Translations under genes and position numbers: made by a program
Shown here: piece after piece, positions 58,535-64,000 of the stretch
How positions within the stretch are numbered: the first letter of the stretch is position 1
Layout of the letters: the number at the start of each line of letters is the position of its first letter
NCBI RefSeq assembly: GCF_000372725.1
Contig: NW_005201349.1
Coordinates: 35,268 to 99,267 of the forward strand
Direction: 5' to 3'
DNA from: Emiliania huxleyi CCMP1516
Taxonomy: Eukaryota
DNA length: 64,000 bases
The notes under the pieces: model-generated
The model's database searches: none
What the model was told of the DNA's origin: nothing
Seen by the model: only the letters and a program-made list of their open reading frames with translations

Positions 58535-58960
58535 TGAATAGAATTTTACAACAAAACTCCCTCGCACAACACTGGGCACGGGACTGGCGCGCACTGGCAC
58601 TAACACAGGTACACCACGGGAGCCGCCTAAGCGACTCCTGCGAGGGCGGCGAGGCACTTAGCTCCGTGCACCCGCCCACCCCCGCCACACACAGGCAAGC
58701 TCATTCACGACCTGCTCTGCGATGGCCGTGTGAAGAACGACTGAGATGCGCTGCTTCTGCAGCCCCAGCCAGCTCTTGGTGGTCCAAGTCACCTCATCGA
58801 GGTACTGGGCCCGCGTCAGCTTGTTCTGTAGCACGTCCGCCGCCTTCCGGAGGATCTCACGGACCCCCTTTCCGAACCTGCCGAACGATTCGAACAGCAG
58901 CAGCTGCACTTCGACGCCCTTGTCTTCCCTGGCGTAGCGATAGTCCCCGCGTAGGACGCT
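58535..58960 (-). mobile_element. 3' fragment of a CRE-like non-LTR retrotransposon (C-terminus of the restriction-like endonuclease region plus 3' UTR)
   Basis: LLLFESFGRFGKGVREILRKAA...LQKQRISVVLHTAIA resembles the ExxGxxG..QRxSVxL end of RLE-bearing elements; the 3' end is repeated elsewhere in the window. Confidence 0.65.
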
Positions 58961-60709
58961 TGAATAGAAACAAGCGAAGGCACACACAACATGACGCCAA
59001 ACACACGATTGCACGCACCGCACCGGACCCCGCACCCCGCCACTGTGTGCTTGATCCGGCGGTATATTTTTGGGCTATCTCTGCTCAAAAACGATGTCAA
59101 GCGCCCGCTCGCAGCCAGCCGCGCCGCGCCCCTGGGCGCTCCCCGCTGCGGCGCGCCGCCCGCGCGCGGGTTGCCCGGGCGAGCGACCGCCACCGCTCGC
59201 CCCTCAGCACCCTCTGCCCGCGCACGGCCGACGCGCAAGCCCGCGGTCGCGCGCGAGCCGTCGCTTTGCGCACGCCGCCGTCTACCCGCGCTCGCTCGCG
59301 AACGAGTCCGGTGACCCTATATTCCGAGTAGCGGAGGTGTGCTTGCACCCCCTTCCCAAGGCACATGCACTTTGGAGGGAGAAAGTGGCCACTGCGGCGG
59401 CCGCAATCTCACATTAGGCACCTCACCCCCAGCAGGCGCGTTCTCGGCGTGCTGCTCCTGCACAGGTTTTGCGGCCGCCCCGAGAGGGGGAGCGGCCGCT
59501 CCTCCGCACCATCGGCCCACGGCATCCTGGGCGGCGTCGGCGCCGCCCCAACGGCCGGCTCGGGCGCTTCCCGCCCCGCCTCGGCTACACTTTGTCGCGG
59601 CGATCCAGCGGTGCGCCGCCGCACGGCGCGCCTCCCCGGAGCCTCTGTACGGCGCGATGAGCCGCCTCGGCTGCCGCCGTGGTTGCGCCGGCGCCCCTCC
59701 CGCACGGCGCGACGCTACCGCAGCCGCCTGCGTGGTCTCACTCACCTCTCCCGCCCGCGCGTCCGCCTCTCAGACCCGCGCCTCCCCTTTCCCAGGCGCC
59801 ATCACCGGCACGGCCGCCGCCGCCCGTGCGGCACCCGCGGCACCTCCCGCCCCCCTGGCGATGCTGGCCGCTACCCCGCCGCCGTAGCTACCCTCCCCAC
59901 CGCTGGTGCACCGCCTCCGCTGCCCCCCTCGGCGCTTCGCCCGTGATTTTGCCGCCTCCTCCTCCACCACCACCCGTCTAAGCTTCCGCCCGCCTTCTCG
60001 CCACCGCCGTCCGCGCCACCTCAGCCGCCCTCCCCGGCGCTGCACCGGCGCTGCAGTGCCGTCGGCGCCGCCGCCCGTGCCGCCTCGGCCTCTGCGCCTC
60101 CAACCTCGCCGCGTCCGCAGCGGTTCCGCCCTCGGCGCCTCCCACCTCTCACCCGCCAGGTCGAACTTCCGCCGACGATGGTGCCACCGCTGCCGCCCCC
60201 CCGCTCGAGCCTCGGCCGCCGCACCCCGCCGTCCGCGCCCCGCCGCCACCCCCTCCGTCACGGCACACGCCGGCACCACCGCTACTACCGCTGGCTCCGC
60301 CCTAGACGCCGCCGACCGCTCGCAAGAGCGGCGAGCCCGGGGCCGACACCCCTCTGTTAGGTGACGGTCGACGGCTCCTTTCGAGGCTTTGTGGCCCTTT
60401 AAGAGGGCACCAGCAGCTTGGGGGGTGCGCGCTGGATGGCCGGCGCGGTGGAGCAGCGGCGCGGAGCCGGGGGTGCGATGTGCGGCCGTCGGTGGCGCGA
60501 CACGCGGCCTCCGGCGGCGATTCGCCGCGGCTCCGGCGGTGCGATTTTTGTGCGTTTTCGAAGGCTGTGGGCGGGATAAGGCCGGCTAGACTGGCCCTGG
60601 TGTGCCCTAGTGTGTTCCCTTACACCCCTGGCCCGGGAGCAGTAGCGCGGTGCGCGTCCCGAGGGCGTAGGGGCTCAAAAAAAAAAACAATTGATTGTTT
60701 TTTTCAGCC

Positions 60710-62520
60710 ACTTAGAAGAGTGAAAGCATCCACCAGTGAAAGGATGCGGCTCACGATATATCTCGGTACCAGTGCAAATAGAAGGCTACCTGGCGAAGCT
60801 GCAGAACTTCTATTTTCACTCCAAGGACGCACCTCGACAACAGATGATAGAAGAGATATCCAAAAACGGGTACCTAAGCAGAGGAGGAATCATAGCAGGG
60901 GACTTCAACATGCTCGACGACCCCCTCATCGACTGTGAGAAGGGGGAATACACAGCAAACGCAGGGTTTAAAGCTTGGAGGGCAGAAGCATCCAAAAAAG
61001 GCCTCACGGACGCTTATAGGAAATTTCACGGCTACGAGGCTAAGAGCGGATTCACCCGGAGACACGGAACAAACTACACAAGAATCGACAGATTCTACAT
61101 ACGAAGACACTTCTCCCTCTTTCACATAGTCAGAATAGAGCCAGACCCCAACCTCTTCGTTGGAAGCGCCAAATCCGATCACCACCCCGTCGTGCTAGAG
61201 ATCGAGACACCTTCCTCCACGACACCACCGAAGGGAGAAATCAAAATAGACGAGACCCTTTTCAACGACCCAAAAATACACAAAGAAATTCAAGAAATAT
61301 GGAAGAAGGCCTATGCGGGCAAGAAAAACGAGGCCGAGGCAGCCAAATTCACAGAAGCTATCGAGCAAACGACAGCCCATCTCCACCAGGAAACCAGGAG
61401 AAAGCGACACACACCAGACGCAGCCGAGCTGATCAAGAGAGGGATCGCACGAATGGAAAAATCTTACAAAGACCAATCATCCCCGGCGATCACCCGAAGG
61501 ATGGCCAAACTACACGAAAGATACGCGGAAGCCTTAGCGAAAAGAAAAGCCAACGCCGAGATCGAGAGACGCAAGGCCGAGCTCAAACAACGTCCCACGA
61601 AGAGCTTCTTTCGAAAGCTCCAGCCGGGGCACGCGTCGAGAACCATCTCCTCCCTACACCGCACACCCGACTGGGACAAGCCAGATGAGAAAAACGGGGT
61701 CACGACGGACCCGGATGAAATATGCGACGAACTAGCGAGATACTATCAATGGCTGTTTGGACCAAAACAAACCATAAAACAAAAACGAGACATCTTACTG
61801 ACTAAACTAGAGGAAGGACAGCGCTTCTCGGACGCCGATGCCAAAGATATGGGCAAACCATTCAACAAGCACGAGGTCCGAGACGCGATCAATCTCATGA
61901 AAGAAGGGAAATCACCAACACATGTGGAACCAAATAATAGTCTCCTTCTACGAAGAAGAAGACATCAAACCCGGACAAACCTGGAAGGCGGTCTTGAACC
62001 TATTAGTGAGAAACATGCAAGCGTACTCGGGGGAGGCCAGAACTAGGCTCCGACGAATAAGACGCAAGAGCGACCGAGTCAGCGATTCGACCATGAAAGA
62101 AATAAGCGACAAAGTAGAACCCATGGGGACGATTGACTACTACGGCAGACTACGACTGAGCAGGCGAGTGAATGAAGAACTAAGGAGAGTGGGACTCGAC
62201 CACCTCACCACAGAAGAGGCGACGACTCACGCACGAGAGATCAGGTTCGTCAAGGCCTCACAAGCTAGCACAACAAACACCTAAAGACTTAAAGGCATCA
62301 CACTACAAGGAACGCGGCTGAGCTGACTCCCTGTAGGGGGCGCCTCGGTGAACCAGGGACTAGGATCTCGCGCAGACGACACAGGGCGTGCTGCGCCCCG
62401 CGCGATCCCTGGCGCAGAGGAGGCTGAGCTGCCGAACTTAGGATGCCTGCAAAGGCTGGCGAAAGCCAGCGAGACACGCCCACAACTCATATCCACTACA
62501 ACAAGCCATTGATGCCCCAA
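60710..62520 (+). mobile_element. L1/Tx1-like LINE remnant: APE endonuclease and tether, reverse transcriptase deleted, C-terminal fragment and 3' UTR
   Basis: IIAGDFN, GLTDAYR, FT..TRIDRFYI, SDHHPV, PTKSFF, YYQWLF, EVRDAINLMKEGKSP, then an abrupt change at about 61917; A-rich sense strand. Confidence 0.9.
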
Positions 62521-63172
62521 TAGGCCCCACCACCCCACCCCTAGGCAATGCCGCGCACATGTCTAGTCATCGGAGAGGACGTGCCGGGGGGGGGGGGGGG
62601 TCGGAGCAGCGTGCTCACTCGTGTCCCGGCGTATGATGGGGTAGGCAAAAAAATTACAACAAAACTCCCTCGCACGACTGCATGGTGTGGCCTCCCTTCT
62701 TGTGCGCGGCCGAGAGAGTGGGGGTGGTCAACATGCACGGAGAGATCGCGCAGAGCCGCGCCGGCGGCTGCCGACAGCAGCGCATAAAAGAATTTTATCC
62801 TCCACACTGGCCAGGCCCGTGTGGTGGCGGCGTGCCGTCCTCCCATCCCTCCCTTGGGTTGTCTGTTTTATTTCTCCTAATTTTAGGCCAGGACCGCCTA
62901 TGCGACTCCGTAGTCCGTTGAGAACGGCAATGCATACCATTCTGCTCCGTGTGCACAAATGCCGCTCTCCCCGCATGCTAGCTCGTTCACCGTCGAGCCG
63001 GCTCGCGCGGCGTCGTCCCTTGCCACACGCCACAGCGGTGCGTGGAGAACCTTTACGACGTCTCTCGCATAAAAGAACTGTGCGGTGATTCGCTCCCGGC
63101 GAGCCTCCGTTCCCCCTTTATCGATAACCGCTAATTGCAACGACGCGTTCGCCTCGACACGGATGTCATCTC

Positions 63173-64000
63173 CTACACGAGGCGCTGCAGCATCCACATC
63201 ATCACCGGCTCGCGGCAGTACGGGCAGTCGCGCATCCGATCCGCGCAAGCGCCGCACGCGCACTGGTGCCCACATGGCACGGCGATGTGCGTCTTCGGCC
63301 TGGTAAAACACACGATGCATGTGGTCTCGCCGCCGAGGGTGGACTCAGGAACAACCGCCCGGCCAGTGTCGAAGTCGGCGTTGGCGAGCGAGACGGTCGC
63401 CACCGCTGGCTGGGGCTCTCCCGACACCGCATCGTCGGAGACGGAGTCGGAGCTCGGGTCCTCGGGTCCGATCGAGTCCTCATCGGGGGCCGCGGCAGCA
63501 AGCTGCGACGGCGACTCCGATGGCGGCGCAAAGGACTCGGCGAGGTCGGCCGGAGCAGCGGCGCCAACCTCCGGTGATGGCTCCTCTAGTGCCTGTCCCT
63601 CTGGCACTACACTCAGCCTCGCCGTCGCCTCGCCGAGGCAGCGGACAGGCACTCCCGCCTCCTTCTCCGCCTCGGGCGCCGCCACCTCTGCATCCACCTC
63701 TGCCAAGTCCGCCTCACCCGCCGCCTCGCCGTGCGCCTGCGACGACCCTGCCCTGCCCTTCCCCTTCTTCTTCTTCTTCTTTCCCTTCTTGCTTTCCTTC
63801 TTCTTGTCTTCCGCCTCCTTCTCCGCCTCGAGCTCCGCCAGAAGCGCGTCGCCTAGGCACAACCAGGTGTGTGATGACAAAGCCCAACCTCCATGTCCGC
63901 CAAAAGGCGTCTCGCCTCGCCGCTTCGCCTCCGTCTCCTTCGCCGCCCTCGCCGCCCTTGCTTGCTCCTCGATCAGCTTTGCGCACTCGGTGTGGCCTGC
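63173..64000 (-). CDS. C-terminal C3HC4 RING protein, probably ankyrin-RING; 5' end outside the window
   Basis: CIVCFTRPKTHIAVPCGHQCACGACADRMRDCPYCR; Lys-rich segment; GHTECAKLI at the window edge. Confidence 0.85.
   Translation of the reverse strand, partial: AGHTECAKLIEEQARAARAAKETEAKRRGETPFGGHGGWALSSHTWLCLGDALLAELEAEKEAEDKKKESKKGKKKKKKGKGRAGSSQAHGEAAGEADLAEVDAEVAAPEAEKEAGVPVRCLGEATARLSVVPEGQALEEPSPEVGAAAPADLAESFAPPSESPSQLAAAAPDEDSIGPEDPSSDSVSDDAVSGEPQPAVATVSLANADFDTGRAVVPESTLGGETTCIVCFTRPKTHIAVPCGHQCACGACADRMRDCPYCREPVMMWMLQRLV

Noticed and set aside
59339..60364. ORF1 of the downstream LINE
   Set aside because: Low-complexity GC-rich frames with no zinc knuckle or RRM, and composition unlike the A-rich LINE.

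Overview
This is very GC-rich, intron-containing eukaryotic DNA with five N gaps. Frequent GC-AG introns, 10-11 bp intronic minisatellites, SPPP-rich proteins and TTAGGG-like repeats suggest a haptophyte or coccolithophore such as Emiliania/Gephyrocapsa huxleyi; this is inferred from sequence style only. The first 15 kb hold a duplicated receptor-like TKL kinase interleaved with a 355-bp satellite (a dimer of 178+177-bp monomers, each with a GTGTGA..TCACAC dyad), an inverted partial copy of it, and degenerate telomere repeats. Recognisable genes are a Myb protein, an enkurin-domain protein, a DUF3431-like protein, an EamA/DMT transporter, a secreted protein with an Asp-rich tail, a scramblase, a GT47 exostosin, V-ATPase subunit c, a two-domain iota carbonic anhydrase, a GT2 fragment, a two-domain Cu/Zn-SOD-like protein with a frameshift, a Cys-rich protein, an eIF2-alpha-kinase-like protein and a RING protein. 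Mobile DNA includes three TIR elements with identifiable target-site duplications, a 5'-truncated retroposon with a 17-bp TSD, an internally deleted L1/Tx1-like LINE and CRE-like fragments. The most notable observations are the satellite architecture, a C-terminal G-[AG]-P-x4-M-x-R-stop motif shared by two unrelated proteins, the TIR elements, and a putative excision footprint in the SOD-like gene.
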